From a virus (lineage: Duplodnaviria; Caudoviricetes): a stretch of DNA of 64,000 nucleotides. Shown one piece after another: positions 1 through 9,200 of this stretch (position 1 is the stretch's first letter; each line of letters opens with the position of its first letter). The notes below the pieces were generated by a model. That model was not told the DNA's origin and ran no database searches. It saw nothing but the letters and a program-made list of their open reading frames with translations. Location of the stretch: IMG/VR virus record IMGVR_UViG_3300007513_000003; one strand, written 5' to 3'. The translations under genes and the position numbers were made by a program.

Positions 1-650
1 GCAGGGCATTTATATAATTTATTTTTATATATTGTTGGAGAATTTGGTGATCCACATACTCTATGTGCTCCTATATAATTGTCGTTATTTGCTGGATATA
101 TATTCGCACCTTCTCCCATGAACGGACGCCTAAATTCTCCAAACAAGTTCATATGCCATTTAATATTAGTATTCTTATCAATTAATTTAATAAGTTTATC
201 AGGCGGATCAAACGGTATGCCATCTATTTTCCAATCAGTTTGACTTAAAAAGAATTTAATACTATCTATATATTTCTCAGGAGGAGGGCGATAGTGTAAA
301 CTAGTTTGTATTAATACATTATTAACTTCTTTACACCATTGGTATAACGCCGGACGAGACTTATAATGGAATCCATTGGTAATAAACTTAATACGAGATT
401 TTGGAAAGTACTCCCTTACGCCATATAACCATTGTTGGAAATCTTTGTTTAGTAGTGGTTCACCTCCCATTAGATTGATTTCTTTTGGTTTAATGCGTAG
501 ACTCCACTCCCTTAACCATTGTTCGCCCTCCTTCCAAGAAACATGTCCTTTACGATCATAATTAGACAACGTAATACAACCCTTGCAAGATAAACTACAT
601 GCATACTGTACCATTATATCAATATAATTTAGATCATATTTTTTCATCAT
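1..650 (-). CDS. Radical SAM protein (truncated by left window edge; absent from ORF track)
   Basis: Manual translation from ATG at 650: MMKKYDLNYIDIMVQYACSLSCKGC (CxxxCxxC), later MGGEPLL and FITNG motifs; reading frame continues to the window edge. Confidence 0.85.
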   Translation of the reverse strand, partial: MMKKYDLNYIDIMVQYACSLSCKGCITLSNYDRKGHVSWKEGEQWLREWSLRIKPKEINLMGGEPLLNKDFQQWLYGVREYFPKSRIKFITNGFHYKSRPALYQWCKEVNNVLIQTSLHYRPPPEKYIDSIKFFLSQTDWKIDGIPFDPPDKLIKLIDKNTNIKWHMNLFGEFRRPFMGEGANIYPANNDNYIGAHRVCGSPNSPTIYKNKLYKCP

Positions 651-1362
651 TTTGTATTTTTTCTTGTAATTCTATTTGCATTTTTTCTGTAATAGTAATG
701 TCTAAGTATTTTCCAATTTGTTCTAAACTATTAATAATATTTTCATATTCAATACACAAGTTGTTATCTTTTTTCTTATGCTTTGTTTGTAAATCATTAT
801 TCCAATCATTTTCAAGTTGTTCTCTATTCTCATCAGTTAGTTCTTTTCCTTGAGATGCTAGAAGTATGTCAATTGTGTTCATTGAAAAGTGTGTATTAAC
901 AAACCAATCTCTATTGCCTACATCCTTTTCCAATTGCTGAAGCATACCAAAGAATTCCAACTGAGTAGGTTGGGGCTGCATCCAAACTTTATCTTTAATA
1001 TTACACAAAACTCTTTTGTGGCCTTCTTCTGTTCTCGGATATAAAATGTTTACAAACTTATAATTCTTAAAATATTGTCCTACGGCATCTTCCCTGTAAT
1101 GTGTAGGAACTACAACATACTTGCTGTCATCTATTCCAGTCAAATCGCCATTATCACCGTAATCATTAAAACAACGATCAATACTAAAATCCATTCTAAG
1201 CATATGCTGATTAAAAATGTCATGTACTTTTGTACGATTGCCAACTTTTCGTCGCACTAATGTATTACATTCTTCTGCTTTGCTTATAATGTATGATAAA
1301 AATTCGCCGCCGCCGCCGTGTGGATAGCAGACAAAAATATATTTAAAACTATTGAAGGACAC
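634..1362 (-). CDS. Sulfotransferase-like / P-loop-like hypothetical protein
   Basis: N-terminal YPHGGGGEFL resembles the 5'-PSB loop; C-terminal IEYENI..LEQIGKYLDI resembles the sulfotransferase YEdL motif. Confidence 0.4.
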   Translation of the reverse strand: MSFNSFKYIFVCYPHGGGGEFLSYIISKAEECNTLVRRKVGNRTKVHDIFNQHMLRMDFSIDRCFNDYGDNGDLTGIDDSKYVVVPTHYREDAVGQYFKNYKFVNILYPRTEEGHKRVLCNIKDKVWMQPQPTQLEFFGMLQQLEKDVGNRDWFVNTHFSMNTIDILLASQGKELTDENREQLENDWNNDLQTKHKKKDNNLCIEYENIINSLEQIGKYLDITITEKMQIELQEKIQNDEKI

Positions 1363-1373
1363 ACTATTACTTA

Positions 1374-1808
1374 TTAGCGTTTGCGGCCTTGATGAAAAAT
1401 ATCATCCTCTGTTACGATACGAAATTGTATGCCTTGTCGTTGACACCATTTATAGGCTGCTTCCCATTTTGCATGGTTAACTGCGACACTTGCTTGATTA
1501 TATTTACTACGGCCGGCGCGTTCTTTCAATGTTTGGCTTTTGGGTTTTATTTCTATTAATTCTGCGCGTCTTCCGCTTTTGCCTTCGTATATGATTAAAA
1601 AATCTGGAACATAAACAGTTTGTCTGCCTGTTAAAGGATTACGATATGGAATCTTCATTGGTTCGCTTGCCCATTCAGTTACTGACGGGTGGTTGTCACA
1701 GAATTTCATAAAGGCAAACTCCCAACCACTTCTATAAGTTGGTGAACCTTTTCCTACATATTTTTTATTATTTTTGGGAATGAATTTCCCTTGGGCATAT
1801 TTTGCCAT
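1374..1808 (-). CDS. gp4: Head completion protein, TnsA-like endonuclease fold
   Basis: YRSGWE..FMKFCD..PSV.EWASE..IPY....YVPDF..ELIEIKP pattern of the T4 gp4 family. Confidence 0.85.
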   Translation of the reverse strand: MAKYAQGKFIPKNNKKYVGKGSPTYRSGWEFAFMKFCDNHPSVTEWASEPMKIPYRNPLTGRQTVYVPDFLIIYEGKSGRRAELIEIKPKSQTLKERAGRSKYNQASVAVNHAKWEAAYKWCQRQGIQFRIVTEDDIFHQGRKR

Positions 1809-1811
1809 AAT

Positions 1812-2219
1812 TTAAGCCAGTATTGTTCTTTTTACTGTACTATTTATTGAGCCATCTTTTTTAAAACCTAACACACTTGTTCTATTTCTTGTAGTATTAC
1901 ATAATATGCATAGAAGAGTATTTAATTTTATAGAATCTTTTACTTCTTCAAGTTGATTTATTAAATCTACTATATTTACATCCTGTTCTACAGCGATTTC
2001 CATTAATGTAATTGATAAATTTCTTTGAACAGATTCTTCATAACCTCTTCCCTTTAAAAAACCGATAACAATATCATATTGGGCCGGATCAACTGATTGA
2101 ACTTTTGTATAATAATTATTAAAGAACTTTTGCCTTTTGTCGTCAACACTTAATTTGCCTGAACTAGTTTCATTTATAGGTTGTGCTGTATTTTTATAAT
2201 AATTTGTATAATTAGGCAT
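1812..2219 (-). CDS. Hypothetical protein in tail operon
   Basis: 135-aa ORF packed tightly between co-oriented structural genes. Confidence 0.6.
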   Translation of the reverse strand: MPNYTNYYKNTAQPINETSSGKLSVDDKRQKFFNNYYTKVQSVDPAQYDIVIGFLKGRGYEESVQRNLSITLMEIAVEQDVNIVDLINQLEEVKDSIKLNTLLCILCNTTRNRTSVLGFKKDGSINSTVKRTILA

Positions 2220-2224
2220 TGTTA

Positions 2225-3235
2225 TTAACCTTTAATTCCTTTAATTATTTCCTGTGCTTTTCTAACGGTGGCAGTAGGAAATGCGTGTGATGCGTTTTTA
2301 ACAACCTGCTCTATTGTAGACGGCAAAGAAGACCCAAATGCAGATTGTATTAAATTCTGACTATCAAATGCTTCAATTTGTGCCGCGGTTTGTACTGCTG
2401 TATTTAATATATCATATGGATTTTTATCAGGAATAGAATCTAATACTCCACGCAACCCTGATATTATTGATTCACTGCTTGCTCCAAGTCCGTCTGCAGT
2501 GGATCCTGGAAGTCTGTCATAACCAGCAGCCCCAAAATTTGGAATCTGTGCCACGGGGATATCTGCATATGTATACGCATCATAACTTATAGCAATATTA
2601 CTTTCCTTGGGACCAGAGCCGTCTGATTGATCATGGGACCCATGAGAGAATTGGGTTACGATAGGATTTTTTAAACTATATCTACTTCCTATTCCTTTTG
2701 ATAAAGAATATATTTGTATTTCTTTAATTAAATTTGTTCCTTGCAAAGTAAAGTTAGAATCTAAACCCCAACTCAATAATGCACTTGAACTTGCTTCCTG
2801 ATAGGTGTCTTTTAATCCTGATGTTCTAATACCATATTCACCATCGGCCTTATTCCCGTCAGAAGTGTAGTGGTTATAAACATTTGAAAGAAAGTTTCTA
2901 ACATTATTTGCGTTATCATCATGAAATACGATGTTTACACCGTTATACGCAACACCTGTATAATTAAAAGACTTTCTATTGTATTGTTTAAGTTCCTCTA
3001 CATCAAAACTAACACCTGGTAGATCAACAGACTTTACCATAAAGCCTACTTCATTGTCTTGATAATTTAATGTCTTTGCAGAACTATCTAAAATAAAAAC
3101 ACAATGATATAAAAATCTAAACTTAGGTGAAAGTCTGTAATTAGAATGTGTGTAAAGGTTACTTGCGTGGCGGTAGTCCTTCATAAAACCGCCGGCCCCA
3201 ATACCACGCAAATAATTGTTAAGATACGATGCCAT
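2225..3235 (-). CDS. Tail tube-fold protein (gp19 paralogue / tube initiator-like)
   Basis: VKSVDLPG.SF.VEE..QYNRK....G..Y..V.I.FHDD pattern; directly downstream of the tube gene. Confidence 0.6.
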   Translation of the reverse strand: MASYLNNYLRGIGAGGFMKDYRHASNLYTHSNYRLSPKFRFLYHCVFILDSSAKTLNYQDNEVGFMVKSVDLPGVSFDVEELKQYNRKSFNYTGVAYNGVNIVFHDDNANNVRNFLSNVYNHYTSDGNKADGEYGIRTSGLKDTYQEASSSALLSWGLDSNFTLQGTNLIKEIQIYSLSKGIGSRYSLKNPIVTQFSHGSHDQSDGSGPKESNIAISYDAYTYADIPVAQIPNFGAAGYDRLPGSTADGLGASSESIISGLRGVLDSIPDKNPYDILNTAVQTAAQIEAFDSQNLIQSAFGSSLPSTIEQVVKNASHAFPTATVRKAQEIIKGIKG

Positions 3236-3239
3236 TAAA

Positions 3240-3848
3240 TTAGCCTGTCGCTACTGAACCTGCTCCTCTTGATACGGGCGCACCAACACCATTACCAATC
3301 GGTGTGTTCAATGCGTTATCATATCTAATTGACATTGTAATTGTTGCTGGGTCACTTGCTGTATAAGTCAAGTCATTATAATTTACGTTTTCAATATAGC
3401 AACCGTACAATTCCCATGTTTCTAGAACACCCGGGGCTGTCGCACCGTTACCACCGTCAAGTACTTCGTACTTTAGTGTAAACTTGTAATCAATACCAGA
3501 TACTGAACTCATTTGCTCGAAGAAGTCGAACTGCTTCTGCATTTGTTCACCTACTCGGCGAGTCATCTCACCGTTTACATCATCACGTAGATTAATTGTA
3601 ACTGGTTCCCATGTATGTTTACCAAGAACATTAATTCTTGAGTTGTAAACATCTATAATTTGATTCTCAAAGGATGCTGTTGGTCGAGTAATATCCATTA
3701 CATTCTTTGTGATTTCTGATCTCGGAGTAGTAACGCCAAAGTTTTCCATTATCGCTCTAAAGCGATATTTCAATTTCGGCATCAAAGTACCTTGAGATCC
3801 GGCTCCACTAATTGGAACTGTGAATTTTGTTAATGACGCTACGGACAT
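3240..3848 (-). CDS. gp19: Tail tube protein
   Basis: LMPKLKYRFR, GKHTWEPVTINLRDD, WELYGC, ITMSIRYDNA; follows the sheath gene. Confidence 0.85.
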   Translation of the reverse strand: MSVASLTKFTVPISGAGSQGTLMPKLKYRFRAIMENFGVTTPRSEITKNVMDITRPTASFENQIIDVYNSRINVLGKHTWEPVTINLRDDVNGEMTRRVGEQMQKQFDFFEQMSSVSGIDYKFTLKYEVLDGGNGATAPGVLETWELYGCYIENVNYNDLTYTASDPATITMSIRYDNALNTPIGNGVGAPVSRGAGSVATG

Positions 3849-3880
3849 ATTATTCTCCTATTTCTTTTATTTATCTATGT

Positions 3881-3908
3881 ATTAGGGGTGGTTTTTGCCA
3901 CCCCTAAT
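3881..3908. other. 11-bp perfect stem-loop between sheath and tube genes
   Basis: ATTAGGGGTGG-TTTTTG-CCACCCCTAAT; no U-tract follows on the coding (-) strand. Confidence 0.7.
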
Positions 3909-3921
3909 CATTGTTTAAACT

Positions 3922-6900
3922 CTATAGAGCCGCGATTTCTCCTGTATTCTTCAATCTTACTGGAATATAAATGAACTCTAACGCCTTAATTGGCTCAATT
4001 GCTACGTCAACGTATAATTCGTTACGATCAATTCTAGCCGGGGTGTTATTAGTTTCATCACATACTACCAAGTAATCACCAATTGCTCGCTTAGCCAATA
4101 GTTCATTACAAAATGAATCAATTACACCCTTAATTTCGTTACGGGTTAATTCATCATTGGGTTCGAAAATAAATGGTTTTGCGATAAGATCTAGTTGACG
4201 TCTCATGTAAGACACGAGTCTTGAAACGTTAACTCTATCAATTGCGGAAGATGTAGAAGAGCGGGTCTTATTACCAAAGTTCATCAAACCACTGCCATTA
4301 ATAAATGTTAATGGATTAATGTTATCAGTATATAATACGTCACGTAGTCCTTCTCTAACTGCAATGCTGTTAAACTCTCCTGATCCATCAATATAACCAA
4401 TTGCTGTAGCATTGGAAATTTTTCCTCTGTTTGTGCCTGCGGCCGCAAACCATGGATAACCGACACTATCATTATAAGCAAATGTGCGTAATATCATATG
4501 ACTTGCCGGAACAACAATTTTGTTACCTGCTAGGTCATTTGATAACCCTGATGGGTAGTAAACTGACATATATTCATTATTAGTTACTAGGCCATCTTCA
4601 CCGTTATCTTCGGCTGCATTAGAGTTTTTACTCCATACTTGAATTTTCGCAGAATTATCTGCTAAACGGAACGGAGTATCACCAATAACGTGAGCAGTTT
4701 CTTTTCTATCTACGTTCAATGTAGTCATATTTGATAGCAATTCTGGATATCCAGGGGCGGCAAGTAAGTTAAATTGACGTTGCTCTTCACGAATATCTGT
4801 ATTTGCATCAACCGCTGATTTCATTGCGGCAACAACGACTGCACGTTGGGCCTTGCGACCTGCGTATAGTGTTCCATTAGATTTTGTGCCTGACTTGTTT
4901 GTCCAACGATCTGGATAATAAGTAGCAACAGATTCGCTTGACATACGTGGGTTACCTGAAGAATATTTTGATGTTGTAACAAAATCTTTCTTATATTCTT
5001 TTACTGTATAACCACTGCGTCTTGTATTCCATAGCAACATACCACGTGGATATGACGCAGGATCTGGAGCATCCGGATCTAGGAAATCATCGCTTAATAA
5101 ATCTGCAATACTTGATGCAGTACCAGCGCCAGTGCCACTTACTTTAGCGGCGGCCGCTGTTTGCCATCTTGCATCAGCAAATAAAACACCATTTGATGAT
5201 GTTTGATCTGTTGTATCAATTAGAATCCATTCACCACCTTGTCTACGATAAATCTTAGGATAATTATCTAAGTCAGATGTGTTGACCCAAATATCACCAT
5301 TTACAAGTGCTGTTTCATCAGATTGTGTTAGTGGTTCAGCGGCTGCAAAAATTGGGCCAGCTGGATCTGTTACACTTAGATCATATCCACGATAATCTGT
5401 TGAAACATTTTGGTAACCTTTCCATGTTGTACCATCATGAACCATGATGTCAGCAACAAGTGTTGTGTCATACCATAAATCACCTTCAGCAGGATCTGTT
5501 GTAGGTGTTGTTAATGATGCTTCATATGTTAACTCTTCCCAGTTTGTACCAATTAGGTCACCATTTGGCAGCGTATATACATTAGATAATGAAGCAGAAA
5601 TACTAGCATCTGCCACACCCGTTAGTGGTGTGCCTGATGTATCGCGTAGTACTAAGTCACCACCTTTAGCATGAATTAGTGACACTGCACCTGATGTTTC
5701 AATTTTAGCCGAAACATCTGTAATACCTGCGGCGCTGACTGCTGTTACAAAAGCTGTTGCAGTAGTGCCAGTCAAAGTTACAGTTGTACCATTAATAGTG
5801 AATGTTTCTGTAGATGTGAATGTTGGTGATGTGTTAGTACCAGTAACAACAAGCTCGCCGGCCGACTTGCGTCGATATGGTTTAAATGTTACTTCATCCA
5901 CTGAATCAACATCAGTATCAACCATTATCGAGCCTACTGTTATAGTTCTTGGATCAGTACCACCTAAACTTGTTGTAGCGACTGTTATACTATCATAAAC
6001 GCTTGGGGCTTTTGCTTCCCATAACCCAGTTGTTGATGAATATACTCTAAATTTAATATTATTACCGTTAGATCCGCCTAAATTGCCATCAAGTTTAACC
6101 CACATACTACCAGTCGGTGCTTCGTTTGCGGCGCCTGGTGTCCAAGGTGGCGGAGATGTATATGATGCTTCGCTCATCAACGGACCAAAATAGGTATCGG
6201 CAGTTATGCCCATGTCTGCAAGTGCAGTACCTGAAACGTTTGCAAAAATAGCAGATCTATCAGCGGATCCGCCTGCGGCTGATGAACCAATAATATATAT
6301 TTCTAAAACACCACTATTGTTATATGCCTGAACACCCTTTCTTGCAGTTGCAAGACCGTCAAACGTGGTATTAATATTGTTAACAATATCAGCAACGCCT
6401 GTACCAGTAAATGTAATAGTTGTACCATTGATACTAAACGCGTCACCAATGTTCACCGCACTTGGTGTAACTGAAATTGCTGGGAAACTTGATGCCCATG
6501 ATGCATTTCTTGTTGCTTCAGAATGTGGAGAGTCAGTTGCAGTACCTGAACCAACTGCTACCCATGTGTTACTGCTATTTTTATAATATACAGCATTGTT
6601 TGTTGTTGCTGTAACAATTGCGTAATCACCTATAGAACCAAATGAAGCATTTGGAATATAGGATGGACTACCTGTGTGCTCTGTAGCACAAATTTTAGGT
6701 ATTGTATATGTAAATGTATCTGTTGTGGCATTCCATACATGTAAACCCCACACTGTATTTGTTAAATTTAACCAATGTGTGCCGTTAACTGGGGTACCTG
6801 TTGGCGCCGTTGCAGAGCCTGTTAATTTGCTTAAATCAATATCTGCTCTTAACACGTATGCTCTATTAGCAATACCTAAATATGAATACGCGGCATGTAA

Positions 6901-7179
6901 GCCGTATTCGTTTAATTCATAGCCATGCAACATTGTTCCAGAAGTACTACTATAAAAAGTAGGAGTACCATATGTTGTAGCTAATTCTAGTTGTGAAGTA
7001 AGTAGCTGAACCTTGCCGGCATTCGCCGCTGTTGTTCCGGATGCTGTGCCTGATCCAGAAGCTTGTAACTTATTTTGTGCAGTTGCTACTAATATTAGTG
7101 GAACTGTACCTGGATCTGATGTAACATACGCGGATTCATTGGTTACAGTAACTTCAACACCTGGAGATACTAAAGCCAT
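3922..7179 (-). CDS. gp18: Tail sheath protein with large internal insertion
   Basis: MALVSPGVEV start; C-terminal LLAAPGYPE, YPWFAAAGTNRG, LYTDNINP, DRVNVSRL, FIFEPND..TR, IEPIKALEFIYIPV. Confidence 0.95.
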   Translation of the reverse strand: MALVSPGVEVTVTNESAYVTSDPGTVPLILVATAQNKLQASGSGTASGTTAANAGKVQLLTSQLELATTYGTPTFYSSTSGTMLHGYELNEYGLHAAYSYLGIANRAYVLRADIDLSKLTGSATAPTGTPVNGTHWLNLTNTVWGLHVWNATTDTFTYTIPKICATEHTGSPSYIPNASFGSIGDYAIVTATTNNAVYYKNSSNTWVAVGSGTATDSPHSEATRNASWASSFPAISVTPSAVNIGDAFSINGTTITFTGTGVADIVNNINTTFDGLATARKGVQAYNNSGVLEIYIIGSSAAGGSADRSAIFANVSGTALADMGITADTYFGPLMSEASYTSPPPWTPGAANEAPTGSMWVKLDGNLGGSNGNNIKFRVYSSTTGLWEAKAPSVYDSITVATTSLGGTDPRTITVGSIMVDTDVDSVDEVTFKPYRRKSAGELVVTGTNTSPTFTSTETFTINGTTVTLTGTTATAFVTAVSAAGITDVSAKIETSGAVSLIHAKGGDLVLRDTSGTPLTGVADASISASLSNVYTLPNGDLIGTNWEELTYEASLTTPTTDPAEGDLWYDTTLVADIMVHDGTTWKGYQNVSTDYRGYDLSVTDPAGPIFAAAEPLTQSDETALVNGDIWVNTSDLDNYPKIYRRQGGEWILIDTTDQTSSNGVLFADARWQTAAAAKVSGTGAGTASSIADLLSDDFLDPDAPDPASYPRGMLLWNTRRSGYTVKEYKKDFVTTSKYSSGNPRMSSESVATYYPDRWTNKSGTKSNGTLYAGRKAQRAVVVAAMKSAVDANTDIREEQRQFNLLAAPGYPELLSNMTTLNVDRKETAHVIGDTPFRLADNSAKIQVWSKNSNAAEDNGEDGLVTNNEYMSVYYPSGLSNDLAGNKIVVPASHMILRTFAYNDSVGYPWFAAAGTNRGKISNATAIGYIDGSGEFNSIAVREGLRDVLYTDNINPLTFINGSGLMNFGNKTRSSTSSAIDRVNVSRLVSYMRRQLDLIAKPFIFEPNDELTRNEIKGVIDSFCNELLAKRAIGDYLVVCDETNNTPARIDRNELYVDVAIEPIKALEFIYIPVRLKNTGEIAAL

Positions 7180-7244
7180 AATCTTTTTCCTCGTATAAAA
7201 TTTTAATTAAAATTCTACATCTATATAGATGTATTTGTTACCAA

Positions 7245-7255
7245 TATTTATTTAG
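7245..7255 (-). promoter_or_regulatory. Late-type promoter (tandem TAAATA) for sheath operon
   Basis: Minus strand CTAAATAAATA about 65 nt upstream of the gp18 start. Confidence 0.55.
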
Positions 7256-7282
7256 ATTTCCGGAATTTAGTGCCATACGAAG

Positions 7283-7684
7283 GTGCCCAAAGGGCAAAGA
7301 AAAGGGTTCATAAAAATAAATACTCTCGTGAAACATAGCGAAAGACCGCTCTGTCGTTGCGGTATGCGACCAGTAGCAATAAATTATTATAAAAAAGGCA
7401 ACCCGCATTACAGATCAAGGTGTGATAAGTGCGCTCGAAAAGCAAAAAAACTTCGAACCACACCCAAGACAAATTGGAAGTCTAGTGGATATAATAAAAA
7501 AAACTACTGTGAAAAGTGTGGCTTTAAAGCAGACCACACAGTACAACTAGATGTTTATCACCAAGACGGAGATAGGAAAAATAATAATTGGAAGAATTTA
7601 AAAACAGTTTGCGCTAACTGTCATAGATTATTATACGCTACTGGTAAGGGATGGAAGCAGGGTGATTTAATTCCTGATTTCTAA
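7283..7684 (+). CDS. HNH endonuclease-like protein with N-terminal zinc ribbon
   Basis: CRC..C.KC, CEKCG, LDVYHQDGD..NN...NL.TVCANCH. Confidence 0.75.
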   Translation: MPKGQRKGFIKINTLVKHSERPLCRCGMRPVAINYYKKGNPHYRSRCDKCARKAKKLRTTPKTNWKSSGYNKKNYCEKCGFKADHTVQLDVYHQDGDRKNNNWKNLKTVCANCHRLLYATGKGWKQGDLIPDF

Positions 7685-8311
7685 ACACAATGCTTTAACT
7701 GATTCTTCAAGCGATTGCAGAGTGCTATTGTTTTTAATAGTATAATCCAAATCACACCCAACCCAAGAATATTCTGATGCATGTACTTTTGGATACACTA
7801 ATGGCATCATTAACTCATGCATAGGTTCATCACGCTCTGCATTATCTGCAACTGCTGTACTCCACCATTCGGGCTCTGTACCGCGTTTTACACGTATTAT
7901 CTTTCCATCTAGTCTTTTTATTAGATCAATCTCATTGGGAAAGCGTGTATCAGTAATAATAACGTTGTGTTCAGCAGTAGTTAGTTTCTTTTCTAAACTT
8001 AACAACCATATATCGTCGTGAAACTTATTACGCCATAAATCTGTGCCGCATACTTGTAGAGCAAGTCGTGGAGTAAAGTCAGGCATGTCTAGTTTATTTG
8101 CCCACCATTCGTCTACTGTTTCGCGCCATTCTCTGCTTTCTTTCGTGTCGCCTTCTAGCATGGCACGATCCCATTGGAATACAGAGGCAAGTGAATCTTT
8201 TAATGAGTCAGCAAAACTTCCTCTAATCCATGTTTCTCTACTATTATCGATAAGATAATTTGCGACAGTGTCTTTACCACAGCCTTTGAATCCTACTAGT
8301 CCTATAATCAT
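7667..8311 (-). CDS. gp1: Deoxynucleoside monophosphate kinase
   Basis: IIGLVGFKGCGKDT P-loop, SFADSLKD, TPRLALQ..GT, IITDTRFPNE, HASE. Confidence 0.92.
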   Translation of the reverse strand: MIIGLVGFKGCGKDTVANYLIDNSRETWIRGSFADSLKDSLASVFQWDRAMLEGDTKESREWRETVDEWWANKLDMPDFTPRLALQVCGTDLWRNKFHDDIWLLSLEKKLTTAEHNVIITDTRFPNEIDLIKRLDGKIIRVKRGTEPEWWSTAVADNAERDEPMHELMMPLVYPKVHASEYSWVGCDLDYTIKNNSTLQSLEESVKALCLEIRN

Positions 8312-8322
8312 ATGTTTAAATG

Positions 8323-8400
8323 TTATTGTGTTTTATTGTGAATGTAGAGTGTTGCCGCTACGAGTGCGACTACTACCATGATAAAAATCACGGTTCCCAT
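8323..8400 (-). CDS. 25-aa single-TM peptide (unannotated)
   Basis: MGTVIFIMVVVALVAATLYIHNKTQ preceded by AGGAG RBS; fills the gap between gp13 and the kinase. Confidence 0.6.
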   Translation of the reverse strand: MGTVIFIMVVVALVAATLYIHNKTQ

Positions 8401-8427
8401 CTGTGGTTCTCCTGTGTGTGTGTAATA

Positions 8428-9189
8428 TTATCCAATGACGAATGACATCGGTGTGCCACCATCTTCAAAGTTTTGTAATTGTAATGCTAGATCAACCATC
8501 TCTTGTTGGCCTTCTGCTTTTAATTCACTACCATTCATCGTTGTACCACCTTGTGGTCCAGCGATTGTAGCAAATTTGGAACGTGCTTCGCCGAGTATTT
8601 GCTTGCACATTGCGAGTGTATAATCTTCTATCCATTTCTTTGTCATATGGTGTTGAATTATATTTTCAAGTGGTTTTTGGTTATATAACCAAAGTAATAC
8701 GCTTTCAGTGTCACCGTCAACTTTACGAACGATTGTAAGTTTTTTAGTTACTGAATCCCATGTATAATTAATAAATCCACCAAACATTCTTGATGCTGTT
8801 TCTTGATATCCAGCAAATAATTCATATGTTGCTAAACCACCTACTCTACCTGCCTGTAGCATATACATATTCATGTAACCTGCTTCGAATGGCTCAAAGT
8901 TTGAAGCACCTTCACCACTTGTGCTACCAATAGTTCTTCTAAATATTTGTCTAACTTCTAAAATATTATCGTCTAAAAAATACTCTTGTTTATTTTTCTC
9001 TAATGTTAAAAAGCCATAAGACTCTTCAACACTGTTAGCACTCATTTGACGATATCTGTTAACAGCATTGTTTAATGCTACTTCCAAATGCTCGTTGTCT
9101 AGTTCAATATCAATGATTCTCTCACCTAAACGTAATCTAACATTTGTGAATAACGCATTTTTAAGTTTGGTTAATTCTTTTGTTGCCAT
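8428..9189 (-). CDS. gp13: Neck protein (head-tail adaptor)
   Basis: VRLRLGERIIDIELD, W..DYTLA.CK..LGEARSKF..I.GP.GG...NG..LK.EG, PMSFVIG. Confidence 0.85.
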   Translation of the reverse strand: MATKELTKLKNALFTNVRLRLGERIIDIELDNEHLEVALNNAVNRYRQMSANSVEESYGFLTLEKNKQEYFLDDNILEVRQIFRRTIGSTSGEGASNFEPFEAGYMNMYMLQAGRVGGLATYELFAGYQETASRMFGGFINYTWDSVTKKLTIVRKVDGDTESVLLWLYNQKPLENIIQHHMTKKWIEDYTLAMCKQILGEARSKFATIAGPQGGTTMNGSELKAEGQQEMVDLALQLQNFEDGGTPMSFVIG

Positions 9190-9200
9190 ACATATATTTA

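Noticed and set aside
376-1260. Plus-strand ORFs 376..561, 599..853, 1075..1260
   Set aside because: Antisense to the radical SAM and sulfotransferase-like genes, with no coding hallmarks
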